A stretch of DNA of 64,000 bases from an uncultured Azospirillum sp. GTDB lineage: Bacteria > Pseudomonadota > Alphaproteobacteria > RF32 > CAG-239. The DNA lies in contig CAMYUM010000001.1 in the NCBI GenBank assembly GCA_947301965.1, forward strand, positions 95,635-159,634. Direction: 5' to 3'. Positions within the stretch are counted from its first letter, which is position 1, and every line of letters starts with the position of its first letter. The notes beneath the pieces were generated by a model. It had not been told where the DNA came from, did not search any database, and saw nothing but the letters and a program-made list of their open reading frames with translations. This document shows positions 26,831 through 37,799 of the stretch, piece by piece. The position numbers and the translations under genes were made by a program.

Positions 26831-26994
26831 TGTGGTTCTCCTAAAATCTCATTTTTATCCTTCTTTTTTGTCTATTATCTCAATATTTAAAAGTTTTGTC
26901 AACAAAAAAATGCAGTTAACAGAAAAATCGGTTGGATTTATTTTATAATCTAAATTATAATGCACTTGTTTTTATGATTTGTCCAGAGAGAAAA

Positions 26995-28578
26995 ATGTCA
27001 TTATTAAAATCAGTAACAACTTTTGGCGGATGGACGCTAATCAGTAGGATTACAGGATTTTTCCGCGATGTGGTGTTGGCTAATTATTTGGGCGCGGGAC
27101 TGGTTTCCGATGCGTTTTTTGTGTCGTTTAAGCTGCCGAATCTGTTCAGAAGTTTGTTTGCGGAAGGAGCTTTCAGCGCGGCGTTTGTGCCGATTTTTTC
27201 TCAAAAACTGGTCAAGGACAATAAGAGCCAGGCGATAAAGTTTGCGGCTCAAGCAATCTCAGTATTGGCGGCATTTGTCGGGCTTTTTGTGCTGATTATG
27301 GAAGTGATTATGCCGGCGGTGGTAATGGTTTTGGCTCCGGGGTTTGCCAGCGATGCCGGAAAAATCGAATTGGCAGTTTTTTTGTCTAGAATCACATTTC
27401 CGTTTTTGCTGTTGGTGTCAATTGTGTCTTTTCAGTCGGGAATCTTGAATTCTCTGGGAAAATTTGCGGCACCGGCAGCGGCACCGGTTATTTTGAACCT
27501 GACGATGATTACGTCGGTTTTTGTTTTTATGCCGTTTTTGGCTACACCGGCTTATAGAATTGCTTTGGGTATTCCGATTGCGGGGGTTTTAGAAGTTTTA
27601 TGGCTTAATTATTTTTTGCGGAAAGAGGGCGTTTTTGTTACTCCGCAAAAAGATATCTTTAATTTGGTAAAATCCGATGAAATAAAAATGTTGTTTAAAC
27701 GGATAGCGCCCGGGGTGTTCGGAGCCGGAATTTATCAAATTAATATGATGGTTGATACAATTTTGGTTTCTTTGGTCGGTACCGGCGCAATTTCGTGGTT
27801 ATATTATGCCAACAGGTTGCAACAACTGCCTTTGGGCGTGGTCGGAGCAGCAATCGGGGTGGCGGTTTTGCCAATATTATCAAAACAGGTGAAGTCAGAA
27901 GATACGGTGGCGGCAAAGCGTACTCAAGACAAAGCAATAGAGTATGGGGCTTTGATGTCAATGCCGGCGGCGGTGGCTTTGATGGTGTTGGCGGCACCGA
28001 CGGTTAATGTGTTGTTTCAGCACGGAAAATTCGGCGGCTTGCAAACCCTTATGACCTCAAAAGCGGTGATTGCGTATGCGTTGGGGTTGCCCTTATATGT
28101 GATGGTAAAAGCGCTGGCTCCCAACTTTTTTGCGCGCGGGGACACAAAAACTCCGGTAAAATACAGCGCAATAGTGCTGTTGGCAAATTTGGTGTTTTCG
28201 GCATTACTGATGATTCCGTTCGGGCATGTCGGAATAGCGTCTGCAACAACATTTGCTGCGTTTGTGTCGTTGTTTCAATATGTACGGGGGCTGAAAAAAA
28301 GAGGCTATTGGAGTTTTTCTAAAGAACTGAAAGAACGTATGGCAAAAATATGCGCCTGTTCCGTAGCGATGGGTGTGGTGCTGTATGCGGAAAGAAGTCT
28401 TTTAAATATATGGAATCCAAATTGGTTGGGTTTGCCGGTGATAGCAAAACTGTTATTGCTGGGAATGATTGGCGGCGTTGCGGCGTTGGCATTTTTGATG
28501 ATGATAAAAATGTGTGGCATTGTCGATGTGTTTGCTTTTTGTAAAAATATGATCAGTCGCAGGAGAAGACGTAAGTGA
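26995..28578 (+). CDS. murJ: Lipid II flippase MurJ
   Basis: MSLLKSVTTFGGWTLISRITGFFRDVVLANYLGAG matches the MurJ N-terminus, and the protein has 14 predicted TM segments. The first ATG with MurJ-like sequence was taken as start. Confidence 0.85.
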   Translation: MSLLKSVTTFGGWTLISRITGFFRDVVLANYLGAGLVSDAFFVSFKLPNLFRSLFAEGAFSAAFVPIFSQKLVKDNKSQAIKFAAQAISVLAAFVGLFVLIMEVIMPAVVMVLAPGFASDAGKIELAVFLSRITFPFLLLVSIVSFQSGILNSLGKFAAPAAAPVILNLTMITSVFVFMPFLATPAYRIALGIPIAGVLEVLWLNYFLRKEGVFVTPQKDIFNLVKSDEIKMLFKRIAPGVFGAGIYQINMMVDTILVSLVGTGAISWLYYANRLQQLPLGVVGAAIGVAVLPILSKQVKSEDTVAAKRTQDKAIEYGALMSMPAAVALMVLAAPTVNVLFQHGKFGGLQTLMTSKAVIAYALGLPLYVMVKALAPNFFARGDTKTPVKYSAIVLLANLVFSALLMIPFGHVGIASATTFAAFVSLFQYVRGLKKRGYWSFSKELKERMAKICACSVAMGVVLYAERSLLNIWNPNWLGLPVIAKLLLLGMIGGVAALAFLMMIKMCGIVDVFAFCKNMISRRRRRK

Positions 28579-29579
28579 AAGTGTATGCGCGTAAAGCCGT
28601 TGAAACAGCTAAAAAAACATGCGGCAGGGTCGGAGAACTGATTAAAGGGGCTTTTGACACATGGCCAAAGGCCTTTGTCGGCGTGATTGCAGCGTTGATA
28701 ATCGGCTATTATCCCCTGGGCGGAAAGATGAGCGAAAGCATAGACAAGACAGCGGATTATGATTTTTCGGCAATATCGGAAAAACAACTGCAAACTGTGG
28801 AGGCGATTTCGTTTTTGATTGACCGAGAGGTTAACAAGCATATTTGGACCCCTAATCTGCCTTTCTTTTTTCCGGCTTACAGCCTTGATAATATGCCAAA
28901 TTTTCAAATCGGGATAATTCGCGGTGTAAAAAGTATTGCGTCGAGCTTGGCAAAGCAGGTCAAGTGTGTTGAGGACGAAAAAGCGCCGAAATATTTGCCG
29001 GATGCAGCAAATTTGTTGGCTTATCCCGAAAATGTATGGCTGGTTTCTCCGAATAATAAGCTAAAAATGGCGGCATCATCATCCAGCCAATATCGTAAGG
29101 CTCGGAAAAAAATGAAAAATTTTAACCAAGCGCTTGAAAGCGAAAAATGTTTTTGGGTCAGAGACGAAAAAAGTCTGTATGCAATAAATTTGTCTGTTCT
29201 CAGAGGACTTAGGGCGGCAAAACGTCAGCTGGAAAATGAGATAAAAGAGGGAAACAGCAGCTGGTTTGATACTAAGGCTGATAATGTGTTTTATCTAAAT
29301 CAGGGAAGGCTGTACGCATATATGATAGTCTTGAAAAAAATAGCCAGAGATTATAAACAGGTGTTGATGGCAGATAATCTGTATCAGGACTGGACGATTA
29401 TGTTGAGGGCTTTGCAAGATGCCGTGGAAATAAATCCAGAAGTTGTGTTGAACGGAAAGATTAACGGAGAATTTACGGCAAATCATTTAATGAGTTTGGG
29501 GTATTATACGGCAAAGGCTGAAAATGTTTTGATAAAAATCAATGTGCGTTTGAAAGAGGAAGACAAAGATGCAAATTGA
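28575..29579 (+). CDS. Hypothetical protein (DUF2333-like) with an N-terminal TM anchor
   Basis: GTG start overlapping the murJ stop. Conserved protein of unknown function. Confidence 0.5.
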   Translation: MKVYARKAVETAKKTCGRVGELIKGAFDTWPKAFVGVIAALIIGYYPLGGKMSESIDKTADYDFSAISEKQLQTVEAISFLIDREVNKHIWTPNLPFFFPAYSLDNMPNFQIGIIRGVKSIASSLAKQVKCVEDEKAPKYLPDAANLLAYPENVWLVSPNNKLKMAASSSSQYRKARKKMKNFNQALESEKCFWVRDEKSLYAINLSVLRGLRAAKRQLENEIKEGNSSWFDTKADNVFYLNQGRLYAYMIVLKKIARDYKQVLMADNLYQDWTIMLRALQDAVEINPEVVLNGKINGEFTANHLMSLGYYTAKAENVLIKINVRLKEEDKDAN

Positions 29580-30105
29580 AATTCAAGAATCAAATGATAA
29601 AAACATTATGCATTTTTATCCGGAAGGCGGTCTGAATATTAAGAACAGCAGCGAATATAGCGATGTTAAATCAATAAGAAAATCGCCGTTGGCCGAAAAT
29701 CTGTTTGATTTGGGCGGAATTTGTTCGGTGATGATGACACCGGATTGTATATCCGTGACCAAGGAGGAAGGCACGTCATGGGAAGTGTTAAAACCTCAGA
29801 TTTTGGCGGAAATTATGGATTTTTTGGCGTCGGGGGCAGATATAGTTGTTGACGGAGAAAGCGTAAACGAAGAAGAATTGTTGCAAAAAATAGAGGGATT
29901 GTTAAATGCAAGAATCAGGCCGGCGGTTCAAAAAGACGGCGGAGATATTAAACTTAAGTTATTTGAAAACGGTGTAGTTTATGTTGAACTGCAAGGAAAA
30001 TGCGTGGGCTGTCCGTATGCGCAAAGGACGCTGAAAGACGGAGTGGAGAAGTTACTTAAAACATATATTCCTGAGGTTAAAGCGGTGGAAAAATATGAAG
30101 AGTAG
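29569..30105 (+). CDS. NifU/Nfu-type Fe-S cluster assembly protein
   Basis: The C-terminal domain KLKLFENGVVYVELQGKCVGCPYAQRTLKDGVEKLL is the NifU-C/Nfu CxxC motif. Confidence 0.7.
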   Translation: MQIEIQESNDKNIMHFYPEGGLNIKNSSEYSDVKSIRKSPLAENLFDLGGICSVMMTPDCISVTKEEGTSWEVLKPQILAEIMDFLASGADIVVDGESVNEEELLQKIEGLLNARIRPAVQKDGGDIKLKLFENGVVYVELQGKCVGCPYAQRTLKDGVEKLLKTYIPEVKAVEKYEE

Positions 30106-31006
30106 AACAATAAAATGTTTGTTTGTCGCGCTGTGTGTTTGCGTGTTTGAGGCGCAGGCCGCAGATAAGTTAAAGATGGAATTGCAACCTGACGGAATGT
30201 TTATAAACAACGTTAATGTCGCAGTTTTGCAAAAGATATACGAGGATTTCGGATATACGGATTTTGTGGCAAAAGATCATACAATTCCCTCAATTTTTTT
30301 GGAAAGCATGCCGATTGATTTTAATAATATAAAGAACAAAAATTTTCGGAATCGGCTGTTTATAACAATTATGGCGCCGCTGGCTTTGAAAGTTAATGAA
30401 GAGATTATATTGGAGCGTGTCCACATCATTGACTTAAAGAAAACATTTGAGGAAAAAGGAAAGCTTTCATCAAAAGAGGAAAAAGAAGTCGAAGATTTGG
30501 CGGTTAAGTATGATGTCTTTACAAGAATGAAAGGTAAAGAGCGCTACGATATTTTATTTAAAAATCTTTTGCTGAAGGTTGATCAAATTGCTCCGGCATT
30601 ATTGATTGCGGTGGCTGCGGCTGAAAGCAACTGGGGAACCGCCGATGAAGTAAAACAAGGAAATGCGCTTTATAAACTGAAAGATTGGTTTACGGATAAA
30701 GGAATAAAACCTAAAGGCGAAGATGATGACAGCTATCGTATCAGAGAGTATCCGGATTTGTTATCGGCAATCAGAGATTATGCCTTAAAACTCAACAGCG
30801 ATGTAAATTTCCAACATATGTGGGTGGCGAGAGCGCAACTGCGTAACCATAATCAGACATTGAAAGGCAGAACAACGGTTAACGGTATGGTTTTGGGTTC
30901 TCCATTGGAAAATTATGCCGGTTTGCTCAATTATATTTTGACTTTTTATGATTTGGTCAACATTGACGAAACGCGTTTGAGAAATATATCATTTTCAGAG
31001 GATTAA
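30095..31006 (+). CDS. Glucosaminidase-domain (Bax/FlgJ-like) secreted protein
   Basis: A signal peptide plus IAVAAAESNWGTADEVKQGNALYKLK, which matches the mannosyl-glycoprotein endo-beta-N-acetylglucosaminidase motif. Confidence 0.55.
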   Translation: MKSRTIKCLFVALCVCVFEAQAADKLKMELQPDGMFINNVNVAVLQKIYEDFGYTDFVAKDHTIPSIFLESMPIDFNNIKNKNFRNRLFITIMAPLALKVNEEIILERVHIIDLKKTFEEKGKLSSKEEKEVEDLAVKYDVFTRMKGKERYDILFKNLLLKVDQIAPALLIAVAAAESNWGTADEVKQGNALYKLKDWFTDKGIKPKGEDDDSYRIREYPDLLSAIRDYALKLNSDVNFQHMWVARAQLRNHNQTLKGRTTVNGMVLGSPLENYAGLLNYILTFYDLVNIDETRLRNISFSED

Positions 31007-31008
31007 GA

Positions 31009-31710
31009 ATGTTGGAAGTTATACCGATTTTGTGTCGGGCCGGGCAAATGGATAATTATGCATATCTGCTGGTTGATAAAAACACCGGAACGGTGGCGGT
31101 ATTGGACGCTTCGGAAGCAGAACCGATAATTGAGGAATGCGAACGGAAAAAAATAAGACCGCAATTTTTATTAAATACGCACCATCATTTTGACCATGTT
31201 GAGGGAAATGCCGAACTGAAAGCCCTGTTCGGGGCAAAAATAGTCGGCGCGGCAAAAGATAAAAGCAGGATTGAGGGGCTGGACATCAGTCTTAATGACG
31301 GAGATGTTTTTAAAATCGGAGACAGCGAAGCTCGTATTATAAGTGCCGACGGGCATACAATAGGGCATATTTTATGGTATTTTGTGCAAGATAAGGTGCT
31401 TTTTACCGGCGATACGTTATTTAATTTGAGCATCGGAGGGCTGTTTGAGGGAACGCCGGAGCAAATGTGGAACAGCTTGCAAAAAATTAAGCAATTGCCT
31501 GATGATGTGCTTTTTTATCCCGGACATGAATATACAGCATATGGAATGAACGCTTTGGAAGGGGAAGCAGGGCGCAAATATGCTGAGAAAGTGCAAAAAA
31601 GACTGTCCGAAGGAAAACCCGCCGGACCGATTTCGTTGGGAGAAGAAAAGGAGTGCAACCCATATTTGAAAATAGATAAGTTGCAGGATTTTTGCCGATT
31701 GTTTAATTGA
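31009..31710 (+). CDS. gloB: Hydroxyacylglutathione hydrolase (glyoxalase II), metallo-beta-lactamase fold
   Basis: It has the HHHFDH motif and the C-terminal GHEYT. Confidence 0.85.
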   Translation: MLEVIPILCRAGQMDNYAYLLVDKNTGTVAVLDASEAEPIIEECERKKIRPQFLLNTHHHFDHVEGNAELKALFGAKIVGAAKDKSRIEGLDISLNDGDVFKIGDSEARIISADGHTIGHILWYFVQDKVLFTGDTLFNLSIGGLFEGTPEQMWNSLQKIKQLPDDVLFYPGHEYTAYGMNALEGEAGRKYAEKVQKRLSEGKPAGPISLGEEKECNPYLKIDKLQDFCRLFN

Positions 31711-31761
31711 TTTTAAGTATTTTTTAGTCTTTGCCATGTAGAGTAGAGGGGTAAAACTCTT

Positions 31762-32445
31762 TTGGCGGTAAAAATGATTTGGATTTTAGCAGGTTTTGTT
31801 TTTGGCGGCTTGGTTCCGTATATGGCGCGGCGTTTTGCAAAGTTTATGCCGGCTACCCCTGCGTATGCTTTATATAGGCTGATTAAACCAAACAAGCATA
31901 CCAACCGCGAAAACGAAAAATATAAGCAATTAAAGAAAAAATATACGCTTCGCAGCCTGCTTTATGCGCTAGTCAGTGCCGGAGTGTCGGCCGGCGTGGT
32001 CTATAAATTCGGAGTTTTAAGCCAAGTTTGGTGGTTGGGCTTTGTATGGGCGATGCTTTTGTTGGCCGAAACGGATTTCAAAATGTTTTTGTTGCCGGAT
32101 ATCTTAACAGTTCCATTGCTGATTTGCGGATTTTTCTTTGCAGCATCGGCGTTTAATCCGGCGGTAGGTGCTTTTGAGAGTGCATTGGCAGCGCTTCTCG
32201 GTTATATGGTGCCGGTTGCGGCAACAATTTTAATGTTGTGGAAGAGCACAGAAGCCTTTGGCGGCGGCGATATAAAGCTTTTGTCGGCCATAGGTGCCTG
32301 GCTCGGAATTGAGGGTTTGTTGTATACGATTTTGATGTCATGTGTGATTTTTGCGGTTTGTATGCTGATAAGACGTAAAAAAACGGGCGCTTTCGGTCCG
32401 GCGTTGGTGGCGGCCGCGATGGTATATTTATTGTTTTTAATCTAA
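31762..32445 (+). CDS. A24-family prepilin peptidase (no N-terminal methyltransferase/Zn-finger domain)
   Basis: GGGDIKLLSAIGAWLG is the second catalytic Asp motif of type IV prepilin peptidases. The protein is polytopic. Confidence 0.65.
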   Translation: MAVKMIWILAGFVFGGLVPYMARRFAKFMPATPAYALYRLIKPNKHTNRENEKYKQLKKKYTLRSLLYALVSAGVSAGVVYKFGVLSQVWWLGFVWAMLLLAETDFKMFLLPDILTVPLLICGFFFAASAFNPAVGAFESALAALLGYMVPVAATILMLWKSTEAFGGGDIKLLSAIGAWLGIEGLLYTILMSCVIFAVCMLIRRKKTGAFGPALVAAAMVYLLFLI

Positions 32446-32462
32446 TGTGAGGACAAACAAAG

Positions 32463-33173
32463 ATGATTGATATTGTTGAAGAAAGAAAAAAAGCAAAGCA
32501 GGTGGTCGAAAGCAATAACTTTGACTACTTAATCATGTTTGTAATCTGTATGGATGCTATTGCTCTCGGAATGCTGACGATAGGCTTTTATGAAGTTGAT
32601 TTTATTAAGACGATGTTTTTGCTGGATCGGATTTGCATGGCAATTTTTATTGTTGAAATGCTGATAAAGATGTATGCATACGGTCCGAAATTCTTTAAGT
32701 CGGGATGGAATGTGTTTGATTTGGCGATTATTACGATATCGTCATTGCCGGGGAGCGGATACCTGATTATTTTGAGAACTTTCAGATTATTCAGGTTGTT
32801 GAAATATGTTGACAGGTTCAGACGATTGAAAAGCATTATCAATATTATGCTTTTGATTTTGCCTAATTTTGTAGCCATGTGTGCGATTATGACGGTAGTC
32901 GTTTACGTTTTCGGCGTTATGGGAGTTGTGCTTTTTGGCGATGGGGTCGGAGCTTTTAATGATTTAGGAAAGTCGATTTTCACCCTTTTGCAGGCATTTA
33001 CTCTTGATGGCTGGGCATCAACGATAGCTCGTCCGGTTATGCGGGTATATCCGTATGCATGGATGTTCTTTGTAGGTTTTATCATGCTCTCGTTATGGCT
33101 GGTAATAAGTTTTATTTTAAGCGTTATTGCAATGATGGTCAAAAGAGAGTTTAATGTAAAATCAAGACTATAA
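32463..33173 (+). CDS. Single-domain voltage-gated cation channel (BacNav/ion_trans family)
   Basis: It has six TM segments and an S4 voltage sensor with Arg/Lys at every third position (RTFRLFRLLKYVDRFRRLK). The pore loop reads LLQAFTLDGWAS. Confidence 0.7.
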   Translation: MIDIVEERKKAKQVVESNNFDYLIMFVICMDAIALGMLTIGFYEVDFIKTMFLLDRICMAIFIVEMLIKMYAYGPKFFKSGWNVFDLAIITISSLPGSGYLIILRTFRLFRLLKYVDRFRRLKSIINIMLLILPNFVAMCAIMTVVVYVFGVMGVVLFGDGVGAFNDLGKSIFTLLQAFTLDGWASTIARPVMRVYPYAWMFFVGFIMLSLWLVISFILSVIAMMVKREFNVKSRL

Positions 33174-33193
33174 AATCAAGATTTTAAGAAAAA

Positions 33194-33222
33194 TACCGGA
33201 GCGTTCCGGTATTTTTTTTGCC
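33194..33222 (+). terminator. Terminator after the channel gene
   Basis: Hairpin accggagcgttccggt followed by a T8 run. Confidence 0.6.
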
Positions 33223-33229
33223 TAAAAAC

Positions 33230-33258
33230 TTGACTTTGAAAAAAACAATCACTAACTA
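33230..33258 (+). promoter_or_regulatory. Candidate groESL promoter
   Basis: TTGACT, a 17-nt spacer, then TAACTA. The -35 region is embedded in cTTGACTTTGAA, which resembles the CTTGAA heat-shock -35 also seen upstream of grpE. Confidence 0.35.
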
Positions 33259-33292
33259 AAGTATAGCAAAATTTTATAGGAGTTTAAAGGCT

Positions 33293-33580
33293 ATGAATAT
33301 CAGACCATTATATGACAGAGTTCTAATCAAGAGAGTTGATGAACTTACCAAGACCGCCGGAGGCATTATTATTCCGGATACGGCAAAGGAAAAACCTTCG
33401 GAGGGAATCGTTGAAGCAGTCGGAACCGGCGCTCGTACCGAAGACGGAAAAATTATTCCGATGACGGTTAAGGTCGGAGACCATGTGCTGTTTGCTAAAT
33501 GGGGCGGAACAGAAGTTAAGATTAACGGTGAAGAGAGACTGATTGTAAAAGAGTCTGATTTATTGGGTATTGTTGAATAA
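33293..33580 (+). CDS. groES: Co-chaperonin GroES
   Basis: [14 protein letters not shown]...[13 protein letters not shown] is the canonical GroES sequence. Confidence 0.95.
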   Translation: MNIRPLYDRVLIKRVDELTKTAGGIIIPDTAKEKPSEGIVEAVGTGARTEDGKIIPMTVKVGDHVLFAKWGGTEVKINGEERLIVKESDLLGIVE

Positions 33581-33585
33581 GTTAA

Positions 33586-35253
<1,668 letters not shown>

Positions 35254-35304
35254 ACCGAAAATTATGAAAAACAAAACCGTTGCCCATAGGCAACGGTTTT
35301 TGTT

Positions 35305-36144
35305 TTAAATGATGTCGATGACTCTTTTAGAGGAGGCTCGATTGTCTTTGAGAAAATCCTGCAACTTTTGTTGGGAGAAGTCATATTTGTAATAACCGTC
35401 CCGTAAACGCGTCGGAGTTTTGTAAAAGTGTTCGACGCTGTAGTTGTAGAATCCGGCAGGTTTCAGCTCCAATAAATCATAAGGAGTGATGTAGCCACAA
35501 TAAATTGCACTTTGTACCCATTCTCTTTTTAGTAATCCCTTGGCAACTTTGCCGGCCGATTTTGTAAATTCGGTCATGCGTCTGGAGCACTCGAAAGGGG
35601 CAACACCATTGTTTAGGGCTTTTAAGAAATCGCTGTTTTTGAAATTTCCCGGTCCGACATTGTAGATAAACATGCTGGTTCCGATAATTTCTTGCCTGGT
35701 CAAAGGTCTTTTTACATACTGATCGATGTAGGGAAAGACATGTTTGCGCAGGTGAGCGCGGACACATTTTTGAGCGGAAAGCATATCAATTTTTTCATTG
35801 CTTTTGACACGAGTGCCGTCAGCATAAATTGTTGATCCGTACCCGATGGTCCAGCGTTTTCCGCAAAAATACGATGTCGGTTTGTAGTCTTCAACATAGG
35901 CAAGGCAGATGATGAGTTCGTCTTCAAGCCCAAGATAGAAGTCTTGATTTTGCGGAGCAATTTCAAGCGGAACATCGTCTTTCCAGTCATCATAAGCGGA
36001 CTGATTGTCGTCATCAGGCAAAACCTGAGGGGCTCTTACAGATGTAAGATTGACCGGGGTGTCAGCTGTTGATGTGCCTTTTGAAGGTGAGTGCAGAGCG
36101 TAAAGTACAGTAATGATTATGGCCGTGATGTAAAATTTCTTCAT
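35305..36144 (-). CDS. Secreted phage-type lysozyme (GH24) family protein
   Basis: A signal peptide plus LEDELIICLAYVEDYKPTSYFCGKRWTIGYGST, which carries the catalytic Glu-Asp-Thr arrangement of T4/lambda-type lysozymes. Confidence 0.65.
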   Translation of the reverse strand: MKKFYITAIIITVLYALHSPSKGTSTADTPVNLTSVRAPQVLPDDDNQSAYDDWKDDVPLEIAPQNQDFYLGLEDELIICLAYVEDYKPTSYFCGKRWTIGYGSTIYADGTRVKSNEKIDMLSAQKCVRAHLRKHVFPYIDQYVKRPLTRQEIIGTSMFIYNVGPGNFKNSDFLKALNNGVAPFECSRRMTEFTKSAGKVAKGLLKREWVQSAIYCGYITPYDLLELKPAGFYNYSVEHFYKTPTRLRDGYYKYDFSQQKLQDFLKDNRASSKRVIDII

Positions 36145-36284
36145 AATTATAATTTTTATTGTTTAGATAGTAACAGATTTAATGTTTTTTGTCAAATTTT
36201 TTGTACAATCTTTGGTAAAATGTATTTTATCAAAAAAGGCTTGCAAATTTTATTATTTGATTTTAATAAGGACTAACCAAGTTG

Positions 36285-36375
36285 GGATGAGTGGCAGAGC
36301 GGCTGAATGCGCGCGATTCGAAATCGTGTTTACGGTAATCCCGTAACGGGGGTTCAAATCCCTCCTCATCCGCCA
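36285..36375 (+). tRNA. tRNA-Ser (anticodon CGA)
   Basis: Acceptor ggatgag/ctcatcc, a long variable arm, anticodon loop ttCGAaa, T-loop ttcaaat and an encoded CCA. The terminator hairpin tccgcccctatgtgggcgga plus a T-run follows at 36386..36412. Confidence 0.85.
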
Positions 36376-36420
36376 ATTTATATAGTCCGCCCCTATGTGG
36401 GCGGATTTTTTTGTGCGGAT

Positions 36421-37797
36421 TTATTCTTCTTCAGAAAATTTCAGTTTTTCGAGAGTTTGATAGGCTTTATCAATATCTGATTTTATTTGTTTTATATGTG
36501 AGTTTCTGCCGGCGTTTTCATATATATAAAGTGCATCGTGAAAACAAGAAAGAGCTTCTTGAATAATGGAGGCATCGTTTTGAAGTCGGCCGAGAAAATA
36601 TTCAATGTTGCCGATTTTTTCTTGAATTTCAGCCCAGGATTCCGGGTCATTCTTTTCGGTAATAATTTTTTGCTGATTCTTATAGGCACGAATCGAGAGT
36701 TCACAAATTTCATGACTTTGGGTGAGATGTCCGAGATTGTGTAATAAATACCCTAAACGTCCTTGTATTTGCCCCCAAAAATCAGGAAATAGGATTTGAG
36801 TATATACCTTTTCGGCTTCACGAAGTTGAAAAACGGCATCACGCAACGCCTGAATGTCTTCAGTTTGTTTCCAGTAGCTCACATAGAGTTCGGAAAGTTT
36901 ATAACAAACATAACCGTAGTCGTACGGATATGTGTATTTGCTTAAATATTTTTGAGCGTTCTGATAGTTTTTGATTGCCGGCTTGAAGTATGAAGTAGGA
37001 CGGTTGGCAATGTAACGTGTCGCGCAATCATACATTTGACCTAAGTGGTAATATATGCAACCGATGTGAGTTGGCTGTGAAATTTTGTTTTGAAGTTTGA
37101 GGGCATCTTCAAAAATATTGCGAATAATTTTGAGGTCGCCGTCATATGAACTATCATAAGCTAAACTTAGATATATAATGCCGACAAAATTGAGTATGTA
37201 CGGTAGATATTCATCGGTCAGAGTTTGAGCGGAATCAATTTTCGAAAGCTGATGAACGACTTTGCGGAGCAGATATTTTTTGTAAATCTGATATTCACGA
37301 GAAGGATTGTTTATGGAACTCAAAACAGCTCCGTAAAGTAATAACAGCAGTTCGGAAGGAATTTTACTTTCGGGAGTATCAACAACTGATGACGGAATGT
37401 AAAAACTGTCCATCAAAGAGATAAAAGCGTTGCCGTTTTCATCATAATGACCGTTGTTTTGAAAGTTAAGACGGATTTTGTCATTGTCACGATATCCCCA
37501 AATAATAATATCGGACTGCGTTTGTTTTAAGATGGATTGTCCGGTATCAATTAAGTCAAAAATATTGCGGCTTTCAAGATTGAGAAAAGAATGGTCAAAG
37601 TTTTCGAGATATGCCTCGGTACGCAATCCTTCGCAGGCGCTGAGGGCGTTGGCTAAGTTTGTAGCACCGCAATTGCTGATGTTATCGTAGAAATCAGCAA
37701 TAATAATTTTAAATACGGGACCAGAGCTCGGCGAGCCCAAATTTGCAGTCGTCTCCGGCAAAGATTTTGATGTTGTATGCCAAAATTTCCAAGTCAT
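36421..37797 (-). CDS. Hypothetical all-alpha (TPR-like) protein; last gene of the rsmB-linked operon
   Basis: A 458-aa Tyr/Leu-rich helical protein. Its start overlaps the stop of the upstream membrane-protein gene (ATGA). Confidence 0.45.
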   Translation of the reverse strand: MTWKFWHTTSKSLPETTANLGSPSSGPVFKIIIADFYDNISNCGATNLANALSACEGLRTEAYLENFDHSFLNLESRNIFDLIDTGQSILKQTQSDIIIWGYRDNDKIRLNFQNNGHYDENGNAFISLMDSFYIPSSVVDTPESKIPSELLLLLYGAVLSSINNPSREYQIYKKYLLRKVVHQLSKIDSAQTLTDEYLPYILNFVGIIYLSLAYDSSYDGDLKIIRNIFEDALKLQNKISQPTHIGCIYYHLGQMYDCATRYIANRPTSYFKPAIKNYQNAQKYLSKYTYPYDYGYVCYKLSELYVSYWKQTEDIQALRDAVFQLREAEKVYTQILFPDFWGQIQGRLGYLLHNLGHLTQSHEICELSIRAYKNQQKIITEKNDPESWAEIQEKIGNIEYFLGRLQNDASIIQEALSCFHDALYIYENAGRNSHIKQIKSDIDKAYQTLEKLKFSEEE

Positions 37798-37799
37798 TA

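Noticed and set aside
33180-33292. A CIRCE/HrcA operator upstream of groES.
   Set aside because: No TTAGCACTC-N9-GAGTGCTAA-like inverted repeat is present. Only sigma-70-like and sigma-32-like hexamers are found.
36285-36412. An element like the tRNA-Arg ones downstream of tRNA-Ser(CGA).
   Set aside because: Only a single clean terminator hairpin follows the tRNA. The 3' end is not duplicated and the shared core is not present.
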